Source: Vicugna vicugna
Lineage: Eukaryota
DNA length: 64,000 bases
Direction of reading: 5' to 3'
Assembly: GCA_013265495.1 (NCBI GenBank)
Contig: MU058449.1
Span: 1 to 64,000, forward strand
Shown: positions 1 to 11,713 of the stretch, one piece after another
Layout of the letters: each line of letters starts with the position of its first letter
Numbering within the stretch: the first letter of the stretch is position 1
The notes under the pieces: model-generated
Databases searched by the model: none
Told to the model about the DNA's origin: nothing
The model's input: the letters and a program-made list of their open reading frames with translations, nothing else
Made by a program: the position numbers and the translations under genes

Positions 1-1
1 C

Positions 2-235
2 AAAGCTCTCAACACGTGTGTGTCACATATCTTGGCTGTACTTGCATTTTATGTGCCAATGATCGGGGTCTCCACAGTGCACCGCTTTGGGAAAAATGCC
101 CCACGCTACATACATGTCCTCTTGTCCAATGTCTACCTCTTTGTACCTCCTGTGCTCAACCCTCTCATTTATAGCGCCAAGACCAAGGAGATCCGCCGAG
201 CCATTGTCCGCATGTTTCACCGCATCAAAATGTGA
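2..235 (+). CDS. OR51I2: Olfactory receptor 51I2, second copy, 3' part only (TM6-TM7 and C-terminus; 5' part is outside the window)
   Basis: Frame from base 2 reads [22 protein letters not shown]...[29 protein letters not shown]; it is the reverse complement of 29184-29417. Confidence 0.88.
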   Translation, partial: KALNTCVSHILAVLAFYVPMIGVSTVHRFGKNAPRYIHVLLSNVYLFVPPVLNPLIYSAKTKEIRRAIVRMFHRIKM

Positions 236-3200
236 CTTCACATTTGGCTTATAATCTGATGGTTACTGTAGCCATAGGCTGTCATCCATGGGGTCATTTT
301 CATCATCATTATCATCATCATATCATCATAATGAATAAGATAGACTTTTTATACTGAGAGAAAAGTAAAAGATCAGGAATGGAGCTGCAAAACTTATAGC
401 ACAAAACAAGTGATCAGTCCATTCAGGAAACAGTGGCATTTATAGAAAGATAAATTTTAGAGGAAATTGAGTGACCAGACAAAACCTTACAAAGGGGATT
501 AATCTAAGCTAGGAATCATTTTCTATTATAATAAAAGTTACTAGTACAACAGTAATTATTATACTATTGGGTTTCTAAAAGTACTGAGTTCTGTCCTGAA
601 TGTTTTGCATTATTTCACTTAATGTTCATAACAATCTTATGAAGTATACATAGTTCAGTAAACTGTTCACAGGAACACAGATAATCTGTGATCCAGGGAA
701 GATTCAATACTAATCTGTCTCTACTATTTGTACCCAACCACTACAAATCCTGCCTCTCCATCTAATCAACATCACTATTAACATTACAACTGCTGTCCTT
801 GCTTCCACTACCATCGTCATTCTCAAACATTCATGAGTGTTTTAACTTCACAAAGTGAAATTTGATGCCAGACTTACAATAAGATGTATGAACGAATATG
901 ACCCTGGAAAACTGAAAGAGATTGATGTGTAGAAAAATCTCCAGATTCCTCTCTCCTTTTATCTGCCCATCACTCCTTCCCCAAGGAAAATAATGTTTGA
1001 TATTTGAACCATAGACTTATTTCATTGTGCTAAGTATATGATTTACCTTTTTCTTCCCTTCTTGGGGTTTTAATTTTTTTCTATACTTGATGAAATAGAG
1101 ATGACAAAAATTATGTCCTTCCAGAATTTCTAGCTCAGAAAGGCTGGGAATTGTCAGAGTAGAGCATTTATGATTTATACACTAGAAAATAATTTTTTGG
1201 ATATTCTCTTAAGTTAATTATTTTTGCATACTCTTTCCTTGATAGCTGGGAGGTAAGCTATGACACAAAATCCCTTGTCCTCATTTTACTGCTCGAAGAC
1301 TAAGTTGGGCATACATCTAGAATGCATTAAAGGAGATGCCCTGTGGAGACTTACCTACTCACCAGGGACTCGGGGCCAGAGGCTTCATAGCTGCAGATCA
1401 TACACTTACCTTGAGTTTTTCACTCCATACAAAGCTCTAGGGTTGAAGGGTTAGGTGGTAGAGAAAGGGAATTATTTTTGAATGGAGATATTGTAAGTAT
1501 TTAAAATTCAAGTTTCCAAAAGTGTCCATAAACACAGTAAGAGGCTCAAAATATATTCCATTAAATGAATTATCTTAGGGGCAGGATTGAATAACATAAC
1601 TTAGCATGATTTAAAATGGAAAATAATTGGGATATTTAGTGATCCAGAGTCAGACTGTGGTCTTCAATCAATGTAAATAATGACTTCTGATTCATACAAA
1701 AGGTTCTTTATTTCAACATTAAATAATAATAATAATAATAGTAATCCATATTGCCTTGAGAGTTATTTTAAAAGGTTCTGCAGATGCAGAGACAAGGCTT
1801 GGAGAAGCTGCTATACATGAAAAGGAGGTGAACACTCACTGATTCCCACCCCAGGGAGCAGGAGGAAGATGTCCTTTTCATCACAGGCCTAACATTGATA
1901 CCAGAGAGGACAAGGAGCAGGGAGTGGGAGCCTCCTTGAAGAGCCTCGCCCCCTCCCCACTCTTTTCTCTTTGTTCTCCATCATCAATTAGAAATGCTGC
2001 CTGTGTGCAGAGGATAAGGGAAAAAGCATTTTTAGGTTTCATCTCCTCCTATGAGGCTGGTGCCTTAAAAATAGATTCACAACCTCAGCCTCCGTCCTAA
2101 GAAGGCCAATGATATGTAGAAATTCTCTTTCACCTCTTTTTATTTAACAAGGTTTCCTTTGAACTCAGCATTTTTTCCTCTTAAAGTGGTAAAATACCTG
2201 GATTTTGGTATAGTGAAAATAAAAAATAAACTCTTATACTCCTTTTTGGGGGGGCGGGCATTAGGTCTGCCCCTAATTAAGAAAATGAAATACTGAACAT
2301 GATTCAGCTAGGCTGGTGAGAGGCTATTTTCAGATCTGTGGAAAAAAAATCTCTGAGTAATAAAGGTCATTCCTTACAAGTTAAACAATGAAAGCAATAG
2401 TGTATTCAACAGTGGATTGAGTGATACAGTCGTGTGCAAAAACAAAAACAGAAACAGAAACAAAAAGGTCATTCTTTTGTCTGATCTTGTTGTGGGTGCA
2501 TATGTCTTCCTCCCAGGCTGGTGCCGGGTGGTCAATGGAGACAGAAGACAGAGAAGGAACTAGAACAAGAGTTATGGGAGGATAAGATCCCTGAATTCAG
2601 GGCCTCACAGAGTCTCATAGAAAAGTTTACACGGCTAAATGTCATATAGAACTAAACAAAATCCACATTGCATGGACGTGTGTGGAATTAATTTCCACGT
2701 GGGCCCAGGAAGTGGGAGAACTTTACAAAGGAGAGGGTGGTAAAGAGGGTGATGGATGGGCCCCTGGACACAGCTCACCATCTGCGTACTTCCTCAGTTC
2801 CACAGAGAGGTCCAGCCTGAGCTCATCGAAGCCGTCTCCAGGCCTGATCTGCTCTGCTAGGACAAGGCGACTTTGCTGCGCGGTAACAATTCAGTGAGAT
2901 GAGAGTGCTCTTCCCGCAGACACTGTTTTACCAGGTGGTAAGTAGGAGCCAAGGTAAGGAGAGTCCGTTTCCCTAGGCAGGATCATCTCAAAGGGCATTT
3001 CCTCATCAGGAGACTATCCAATACTCCAGTATCAACTGGATACATTTTCTAAATGGGCCGATGCAGTGTGGGCTCAGGACTCTATTGTTCTGTCTCATTT
3101 TCTGATAGGAAGGGATCCAGTTGATTGTACATTTAAGCACAAGGAATCCAGACAGCTCAGTGGGCTGTGTGCTTCTAAATGCTTTTAAGTCTCATAGAAT

Positions 3201-5035
3201 CAGCAAACAGCTTGTGGAGTCAGAATTGCTTTGTGAATTATCATCTTCCTGACCTCGAATCGTCAGGAGTCACTGCCAGGGAATTACCCTCTGCAGGGGA
3301 GGAGGAGGACTGCTCAGCAATGTCAGAAAGTAAGATTTGGTTTCATGGATTTCCTGTACTACAATTAAGTATATGTGGTTTGTCTTCATACTTATACTGT
3401 TAAGTGTTGATTTTTTTTTTCTTTTCTTCTCTCACCCATTGAAAACTTGTAGATCAAATATTTATAAGAAAATAAGTAACATAGATATATTATCCATTAA
3501 GTGATTAATTAATTTGTTTGTTTTGAACATGAATAGCTCAGAAGTCAAATGACACCCCCTAAACATTTGCTGTTTCATTGAAATCTGCATAAGCTTCCAA
3601 CATCTTCAAATGGAAAGGGTAACCCCAGCCAAAACTTTCTATACATTTCCGGAGTCGTGTATCAATCACCAAAAGCATTGGTGTGTGGCAGAGTCTATTA
3701 AAAGTTTAGATGACAAACAGATCTCAACTAATAGAATTGCAGAAAACAGAGCTGTTTATTGGGCAAACTTGATCTTCCATCATTTTCTGTCTGTCATGTT
3801 GATCAGGAAAATTTTGCCCTAAAATGTTTCTCAACTTCCATTCCTCCTAGCAGAGATATTTAGTCACTGTCCTTTACTCAATCCTTGGCCTAAAAAAGTG
3901 CAGTGATTTTGGGGTGAAATGAATATAATTCTGGTGACAATCTGTTTTTCTTTGCTTATAAGGCACATAGTAGTTCATTCACTTATTTATTCACTCAGCA
4001 TTATTTATTGAAACCCACAATGTGGCAAGCATGGTGTTAGGTTGGAGGGCTCAGTGATTACAGAATTTTGTCACTAGGGTTTCTGAGAGAAACCTACCTG
4101 GAGAGAGACAGAAGACGGATGTCAGGTCTCCTGGGATGTTTACTAACTGCACATTCCTTTTAAATACCTCCTCACAGAGCTGTACCGCATTTGACTGGCT
4201 GCAGTGTGATGGTGGGTGTTAGTGGTGGAAATGTGGCCGGTGTTCTTGCGAACTGTGCCCAGGCGATGTATCTAAGGCAAATATCCCATATTATAAGCTT
4301 CCTGGGTGACAATCTGTATGTTTACAACGAAAGACAGATATAGGTAACAATGGTTTAGAGTCAGGTTTAATTAATTATTAGTCTCGACACTCAAGTCTAT
4401 AGTCTTGATTGAGACAAATACTTTTGTAAATGTTAAACAGCTTAGAATTGATAGAGGCCAAATGACTTTTTTTTTATATTTGACATGACATTGTGAAAAC
4501 AAGGTCTACTGTGGAAGTTAACTCAAAAATCTAAGAAAAAAGAATTTAATATACAAATCTTGACTAAATGTAGAAGATGCAAGTAAAATAAATCTGAAAC
4601 TCAAAGAAATGTCTGCTAAACAGATATATTAAAAATGATTTAACTGGCTTATAGACAGCAGATTGGTATGCCAATGATTCAGCTAGGTATGGAGTATATA
4701 ATTCAACAGGAAATACTACTCAACATTTGGAAACCCAATAACTACAAGAACATTTTTACAAATAATATAGAAAAATAGATTTTGGTTATTATGGGAAAAG
4801 AGCATTGTAAGACACAACTCAGGTATCAACCGGACAATTGGTCATTATTTTTAAAACTATCCTCTTATGTTTTCGTCATACTCCTTAAAGAAGCCTTTTA
4901 ACATTTAGTTCATACAAAAATATTATAAATACCTTTATTATTTATAATTTACTTACATGTCAGTACCCTGTTTAAATACTTACTTTAACAGTTTGAGCAA
5001 ATACAACTTCTCTCAGACAAAAGGAGCCCTTTTTC

Positions 5036-5755
5036 GGAACCGTCCTACACTGCCGGTGGGAATGCAGTTTGGTGCAGCCACTGTGGAAAACAGTGTGGAG
5101 ATTCCTCAAAAGACTAGAAATAGACTTACCATATGACACAGCAATTCCACCCCTGGGCATATATCCAGAAGGAACCCTACTTCAAAATGACACCTGCACC
5201 CCACATAGCAGCATACAATAGCCACGACATGGAGACAGCCTAAATGTCCATCAACAGATGACTGGATAAAGAAGATGTGGTATATTTATATAATGGAATA
5301 CTATTCAGCCATAAAAACAACAACACAACATCATTTACAGCAACTTGGATGTTCCTGGAGAATGTCATTCTAAGTGAAGTAAGCCAGAAACAGGAAGAAA
5401 AATACTGTATGAGATATGTGGAATCTAAAAAAATTGAGAAAATAAATACGAAACAGAAACAGACCCATAGACATAGAATACAAACTTGTGGTTGCCAAGG
5501 GGGAGATGAGTGGGAAGGCATAGACTGGGAGTTCAAAGTTTGTAGATACTGACAAGCATATGTAGAATAGATAAACAAGATTATACTGTATAGCACAGGG
5601 AAATATATACAGGATCTTGTGGTAGCTCACAGCAAAAAAAATGTGACAATGAATATATGTATGTTCATGTATAACTGAAAAATTGTGCTCTGCACTGGAA
5701 TTTGACACAACATTGTAAAATGACTGTAACTCAATAAAACAATGTTTTTTAAAAA
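5036..5755 (+). mobile_element. 5'-truncated L1 (ORF2 C-terminus plus 3' UTR), left arm only
   Basis: ggtgcagccactgtggaaaacagt and other L1 ORF2-end signatures, aataaa and A tail; ~17-bp TSD aaaaggagccctttttc (5019-5035) / aaagggagccttttttc (5756-5772); empty site near 24310-24326. Confidence 0.93.
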
Positions 5756-5900
5756 AAAGGGAGCCTTTTTTCTCGCAAGTCTCTTAATTAGGAAATTGAT
5801 CAATATTTATTAGGTAGCAGTAAAACTCATACATATACACACATACATCTATAAGAATTTATAATGGATTTTTTTTTCTGTTAAGAAAATAAAAGCTTTA

Positions 5901-6065
5901 GGGGGAGGATATAACTCAGCAGTAGAGGGTATGCCTAACATTTACAAGGTCCTGGGTTCAATCCCTAGTACCTCCATTAAAAAATGAATAAACAAGTAAT
6001 TAAGTAAACCTAATTATGCCCACCACCAAAAATAAAAATGAAAAAAAAAATTACGTGATGTTAAA
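5901..6065 (+). mobile_element. tRNA-derived SINE, camelid Vic-1-like
   Basis: A box taactcagcagtaga, B box ggttcaatcc, tail with aaacctaatta and poly(A). Confidence 0.85.
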
Positions 6066-6992
6066 AAAAAATGTTTAAATTTTCTGCCTCCTCAACAAAT
6101 TTCTCTCTAATCTCTAGTCACTAAAAATAGGTTATGTGTCTGTGCATGTGTCCCAGTGGTCCTCTTCCAACCAAGAGCTGGAAAGTGAGTCCTTCTGTAA
6201 CAAAGAAAGAAATGTGTTGAGATCCCTTCTTTGTTAAGAACTTAACTCTGCACATGAGTATTCAACCGCTGAGACACAGGCAATAAAGCACCTTCTAGTG
6301 TCACAAGTTCTTTGCTATCAAGAATCAGGCCCAACCCACCTCCACATCCCCTCTGCTTAACCCAGAGCTAGACCTGGAGTAGTCACTCCACGCACGTGTG
6401 TTAAATCAATAAAGAAGGGGTCACTGCACAAAAGGCTGATAGAAATACATTCCCTGTTACGTGGTACTCACTCTTCCCATCCTCATGCCTTCTTCTGTGA
6501 TTCCTCAGTTCTTTAGTTGAGATGAGGAAGTGTTTCTTAGAAGGAAACCTAAAAACTACTGAACACACACTCAACAGTGTGGTTTTTAATATTCAGGTCT
6601 GGATACTGAAGCATCTGATTAGGATATAATCAAAAATATTTTTTTTTCTTTTAAAAGGAAACTCTCCATTGTAAACATGGGAATCCCAGGGCGATGGGTT
6701 AATCTTAGCTCTTGATTTCTTTTTTCTTTCACTTTTTTTGCTCTAAACTGTATACAGAGTTAGCTATATCCATATATAAACAAGGATGGTTTTCCAGAAT
6801 AACTGGAAGGAGGATTCTTTGGACTGAGAAGGGATAACAGAGTAGCTTTCCAGCTTCACTGGCTCTAAGACCCCCTCTTCTGCTATGGGAACAGCTCAAA
6901 GTAGCACTTTTTCTTTGAGGCCACTTCTGTGAGTCAGAGCTAAGTCTCTTTCTAGAAGATGTCTGACTCCCTTTGTTATAGCAATAAAGTTC

Positions 6993-7318
6993 ATTTGTGC
7001 AATATTTTCTCTCAGTCCATAGGTTGTCTTTTTGTTTTGTTTATGGTTTCCTTTGCTGTGCAAAAGCTTATAAGTTTAATTAGGTCCCATTTGTTAATTT
7101 TTGCTTTTATTTCTATTGCCTGCTAGACTGCTCTAAAAGAACATTGTTAAGATTTATGTCAGAAAATGTTTTGCCTGTGTTTTCTTCTGGGAGGTTTATA
7201 AGTGTCTGCCTTGTGGTGTTGGGAATACTGGACAGCTGCATGTAAATCAATTAAGTTAGAACACACCCTCACACCATACACAAAAATTAACTCAAAATGG
7301 CTTAAAGACTTAAACATG
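6993..7318 (-). mobile_element. L1 ORF2 fragment with 5' inversion
   Basis: ~6993-7212 is antisense L1; ~7213-7318 is the adjacent upstream L1 segment in sense orientation (aactcaaaatggcttaaagacttaaa). Confidence 0.85.
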
Positions 7319-7852
7319 CTAGGTTTTTTGGATATAGATTAATTTATTAATTATCCGACAAAACCTGATGAATACATTTTATGATGTCTCAAATCAGTAC
7401 TGAATTTTTCAGTAGGCAGACTAAACATACATACTAAACATATATACTAAAGTCACAAAGAAATAAAATGCAAAACTGTGTATAGTACATTCAGATAACT
7501 TTTTTAAATGTCAAACTGTCAATGTCTTCCTCATGAGAAAATTAGAAATGTGTTGAACTTTACAGCACTTGTTTCAGGGTTTCATTCTTTCAATTGTCTT
7601 TAAATTAATACAGAGGAACATCAAAGTGTTATTTAATATCCATAGAATCCTTATCACCTATATTTTTGTCTTCTTTTTACAAATGAAATATCTGAGATTC
7701 AGGGAGTTTATGACACTCGCTGAGATGGAAAAGTTATTAGAGAAACCAAGATTCCAATCTGGGTAAAAAATCATAATTATAAACATATATGCTACACATA
7801 CATGCATGCACACAAGCACAGTCACCATTTGGAAGAGGAGATTAAAGCAAAG
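7315..7852 (+). repeat. Second inverted-duplication block, left copy
   Basis: Reverse-complement homology to 16654-17184 (catgctaggtttttt ... ggaagaggagatta.agcaaag); paired spurious ORFs share FFLQM.YLRFREF. Confidence 0.92.
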
Positions 7853-8194
7853 TGACTCAGTTATACATATACATACATATATTTTTTCAGATTCTTTTCC
7901 ATTACAGTGTATTACAAGAAATTGAATATACTTCCCTGGGTTATAAGTAGGTCCTTGTTGTTTATCTATTTTATATACAGTAATGTATGTCTATTAATCC
8001 CAAATCCTAATTTTTATCCCTTCTTCCCCTTTCCCCTTTGGTAACATGGTTTGTTTTCTATGTCTGTGAGTTTATTCCTGGTTTGCAATTAAAATTTGTA
8101 TCTTTTTTTAGATTCCACATATAAGTGATATCACATGATATTTGTGTTTCTCTGTTTGACTTACTTCACTTAATATGATAATCTCTAGGCCATT
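7847..8194 (-). mobile_element. L1 3' UTR fragment
   Basis: gcaaagtgactcagttatacat...agattccacatataagtgatatc...cttcacttaatatgataatctctagg. Confidence 0.85.
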
Positions 8195-8699
8195 TAAAAA
8201 TACATATATATTTAAAGCACCCAGCACAACATTTAGCAAATGGTAAACATACAACTATTTTTACCGTAACTATATCATTAGCATAACAGCACCAGCCTTC
8301 TTTCCATAAGTTTCTGCAAAATGGATAACAATGGTATTTGGTGCATCCCATATTAAAGAAGATATAATATGCACACACCTATTCAAACTATGCTTTTTTA
8401 TCAATATATCTGGATACATATGAGCCCCACAGTACTGTCCTGCAGAATGGCCCACGCTTGGATCATTTCCTCATTTTTTTTTTTAAACAAAGCTGTTCCC
8501 AGTCTGTACACTGTTTTCATTCCTGTATAGAATCTTTGTAAAGTATCTGATTCACTTTTCTACATTAATTAATTCAAACCAACGTGTGCTAGAGATAACC
8601 ATGGCTCTAAAGGCCGTGTTAGATGCCCCTTTCCTGGGCTATCACCAACAGTAACCATGGCACCGTATCTCCCCAGATTGCGGCTGTTCCCTGCCCCAG

Positions 8700-8907
8700 T
8701 AATAACATTTATGTTTACTTACTGAGTGTTTTATGTGTTGATCAACTTCATTAATTCATTTAAACCTTAGAACAGCCTTATGAAGCAGATATTCTTATTA
8801 GCTATCTTTTTTCACATAAGGAAACTGAGGCACAGCAAGTTAAATAACTTTTCCAAAGTCACAAAAAGTATCAGTAGCAGAACTGGTGTTGGAATCTAGG
8901 TACTCTT
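8700..8907 (-). mobile_element. MIR SINE, interrupted by the L1 at 8908
   Basis: Core aaggaaactgaggcacag...aagttaaataacttttccaaagtcac. Confidence 0.8.
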
Positions 8908-9233
8908 TTTCCTATTGTTACCGAGTATATTTGATTTACAATGTTGCAGCAGTTTCAGGTGTACAGCAAAGTGATTCAGTTATACATATACATACATATA
9001 TTTATCCTTTTTCAAATTCTTTTCTAAGTTATTATAAGATATTGAATAAAGTTCCCTGTGCTATACAATAGGTCCTTGTTGTTTACCTACTATATAAATA
9101 GTAGTCTGTGCATGTTAATCCCAAACTCCTAATTGATCCCTCCACCTCTACCCCTTTTCCCTTTGGCAATCATACTCTGTTTTCTATGTCTGTGAGTCTA
9201 TTTCCAGTTTGTAAAGAAGTTCATTTGTGTCAT
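8908..9233 (-). mobile_element. 5'-truncated L1 3' end
   Basis: Antisense L1 3' UTR; 16-bp TSD gaatctaggtactctt (8892-8907) / gaatctaggttctctt (9234-9249). Confidence 0.9.
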
Positions 9234-9539
9234 GAATCTAGGTTCTCTTAACCATCATACTCTACGGTCACACTGAATTCAGAGGGTACGTGCTCCTCTG
9301 CTTTATTCTCCATGGACTCCTTCTGTGCCTGACGTGAGGCCTGGCACATCGTGGACGCTCAATAAAGAGCCACTGAATGGCCAGATGAGCCTCCTTTTCA
9401 TTTGGTATCTTGCAGATCTCCAGGCCAGACTAAGTATCGTTGGTGTTAAGTATGTGTGGCTGTAGATGGCAATGCACATAAAAGGTAAGAATTGCAAGAT
9501 ACTCCAAAGCAGTGTCATCGACTCAAAGTCACACTAATT

Positions 9540-9705
9540 GGACTCAGGAGTGGGGCTTCCTGGATCCACCTCCCGCTCCTCCTCTCACTAGCTATGTGCT
9601 CCTAGACGATTAATCTATTCTGTGTGTCTCACTGTCTTCACCTAAAAAACAAGAATAATAATTTTACCTACATCGTAGGCTTGCCGATAAAACCTAATGA
9701 ATTTT
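9540..9705 (+). mobile_element. Degenerate MIR SINE
   Basis: cactagctatgtg...tgtctcactgtcttcacctaaaaa...aataataattttacctac. Confidence 0.6.
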
Positions 9706-10924
9706 TAAGAGTAAAATAAATAATAAAATAAAATAAAATAAAACAAGCTTCGCACTTTGACTGTCTCCCAATAAGCTGTGAGGAAATGTTACCCTTAGTA
9801 GCACTCCGCTGCTGGGAGAGTGAGCATCAGAGGCTTTAAATGACGGTGTAGTTAGTCCAGTTGAATGAAGAGATCAGTGCGATTAGTCCTGACATCAGGC
9901 CTGCCAGGGATACATAGTCTGCCATTTTGTTTTAAACTAATGACCTCATATTATCCTTTCATGCTACAGAGTGAACATTCTGACTAGCATAGGCTTCTGC
10001 TGAATCGGGATGTAGGGGTGAAAGTTTGATGTGTTTCCAATATGCACCAGGGGAGGTGAGTCTCTTGGGGCCTGGAATCAAGCCCCTGTGGGTAGTGACG
10101 TGGGCCCTCCACAGCCCGTGGTCACATCTGGAAGGGAGCGTCTCTCCTGGGACAAGAACCACTTATCCCCTGAGAGAAGCAGAGAGGAGCATTTAGAAAG
10201 CACCTGGTAGGGAGCCAGCAGGGGCGTCAACGCTCAGACTTCTCCCTTGTGAGGCTCACCTCCTTGAACTGTCTGATTATTTTCATTCGACTGCCCCCCC
10301 TCTCTCTTTTGTTTGATTAAAAAGCATAATGCATGTTTTATGGAAAAGCAGAAAATGAAGGTAAATAGATAATAATCTTCCCAATCTTTCCTAACCAGAA
10401 ACAACTACTAATAAAATTTCCATTAATTCTTCCAAATATGTTTTCCATGCAAGTATATGCATGTTTAACAATAATATTACATCTTAGTGTTTTTACCAAG
10501 AAAAAAATTGAGACCATGCTACCAACACTTTTTATATAACGTTTTGTTTGAAATACTCCTCTACAGTGGTTTACACATTCTTCTAAGCTATCCTATGCCA
10601 GAAATCTGCTGTTGCAGCCACATCTCCTTTTTTAATTAGTGTAGGTTTTTTTTCAGTTTTTTTCTTTTCTCTTTTTAACATTTGAGAGATCTGCTTTATT
10701 CCTGTACCATTTCTCTCTTTTTTTAAAGAAATTTTCAGGACAGATAATCTAAACTGTACTAGAATTCTAAATTTATTTTTAAATCATTGTTCTGTGTTTC
10801 CCTAAATATTCAGAATGAAGCAAAATGAACTGGGAAAAAACAATACCTTCAATATTTGTTCCATCTTTTCACCAAGGCACATGATTTGTGTCCATTCATT
10901 CAAGTGTACATCTAAGTAAGTATG

Positions 10925-11300
10925 TAATAAGGAGTTAATCTCCAAAATATGAAGAAACTCCTACAGCAGCAAAAAACAAAAACAAAAACAAAAAACAACT
11001 GATGACTTCATTTCACTGTGGGCTAAGGAATTGAAGTTTCTCCAAAGAAGACATTCAAATGGCCAACAGGTATATGAAAAAAATGCTCAGTGTCACTAAA
11101 TCATTCGGGAATTGCATATTGAAACCACAATGAGTTATTATCTCACATCTGTCAAAATGGCTATTTCCAAAAATACACAAAGGCTGGGAGGAGATTGAGA
11201 AATTCAGACCCTTGCACACTGCTAGTGAAAAAGTAAAATCATGCATTTTCTATGAAGTATGAAGATTCCACAAAGAATTAAAAGAGAGCTACCTTTGACA
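10925..11300 (+). mobile_element. Old L1 ORF2 3' fragment
   Basis: ttctccaaagaagacattcaaatggccaacaggtatatgaaaaaaatgctca. Confidence 0.85.
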
Positions 11301-11713
11301 TAATCTTGGGGAAAAGAATCATTTAGCCATTATGACAGCCTTCCCATGGTAATAAGTAGCTTCCTCTGTGATGATTCACCTTAAAAAGAGATGATAGAAA
11401 CATATTATAACAGAATGAGGGAAGGGACAAATTTTGAGGATGTACATCTTTGGCTTTAAAAAAAGGAAAATTTGACTTTATTTATTTATTTATTTATTTT
11501 TGTAAATTATGACCTGGTGTACCTTGCCAAAACTCTTTGGTTTGGGCCTTAACTAGTGCCAGACTATCATCAAATATCTGGTGACAGAAATCCTAATAGG
11601 TTTGTGCCCAAAAGGAAATTTTAAAAGTCTTGTCAAAACAGGACTTAACACCTCAAATCTGTGAAGTAACAGTAAATATCCTCTGAATTTTGGCCTTTCA
11701 GTATGCCTCCTGA

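Larger units (their letters stand above)
1..7053 (+). repeat. Left arm of large inverted segmental duplication (open at the left window edge)
   Basis: Reverse-complement homology to 22357-29418; coordinate sum is constant at 29419 from base 1 to 2120; identical ORFs 1260-1454(+) and 27965-28159(-). Confidence 0.96.

Noticed and set aside
1260..1454. 64-aa ORF present twice identically (also 27965-28159)
   Set aside because: By-product of the homogenised inverted repeat; no recognisable domain
2682..2897. ORF apparently conserved with 26500-26763 (KPSPGLICSARTRRLCCAVTIQ)
   Set aside because: Non-ATG start; the copies differ by a frameshift and stop position, so conservation is at DNA level only
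5901..5975. Possible tRNA gene
   Set aside because: Degenerate A/B boxes with an AT-rich tail and TSD: a SINE
10213..10230. CTCF-like gccagcaggggcgtc (also half-site near 17255)
   Set aside because: Spacing or 5' half departs from the core consensus
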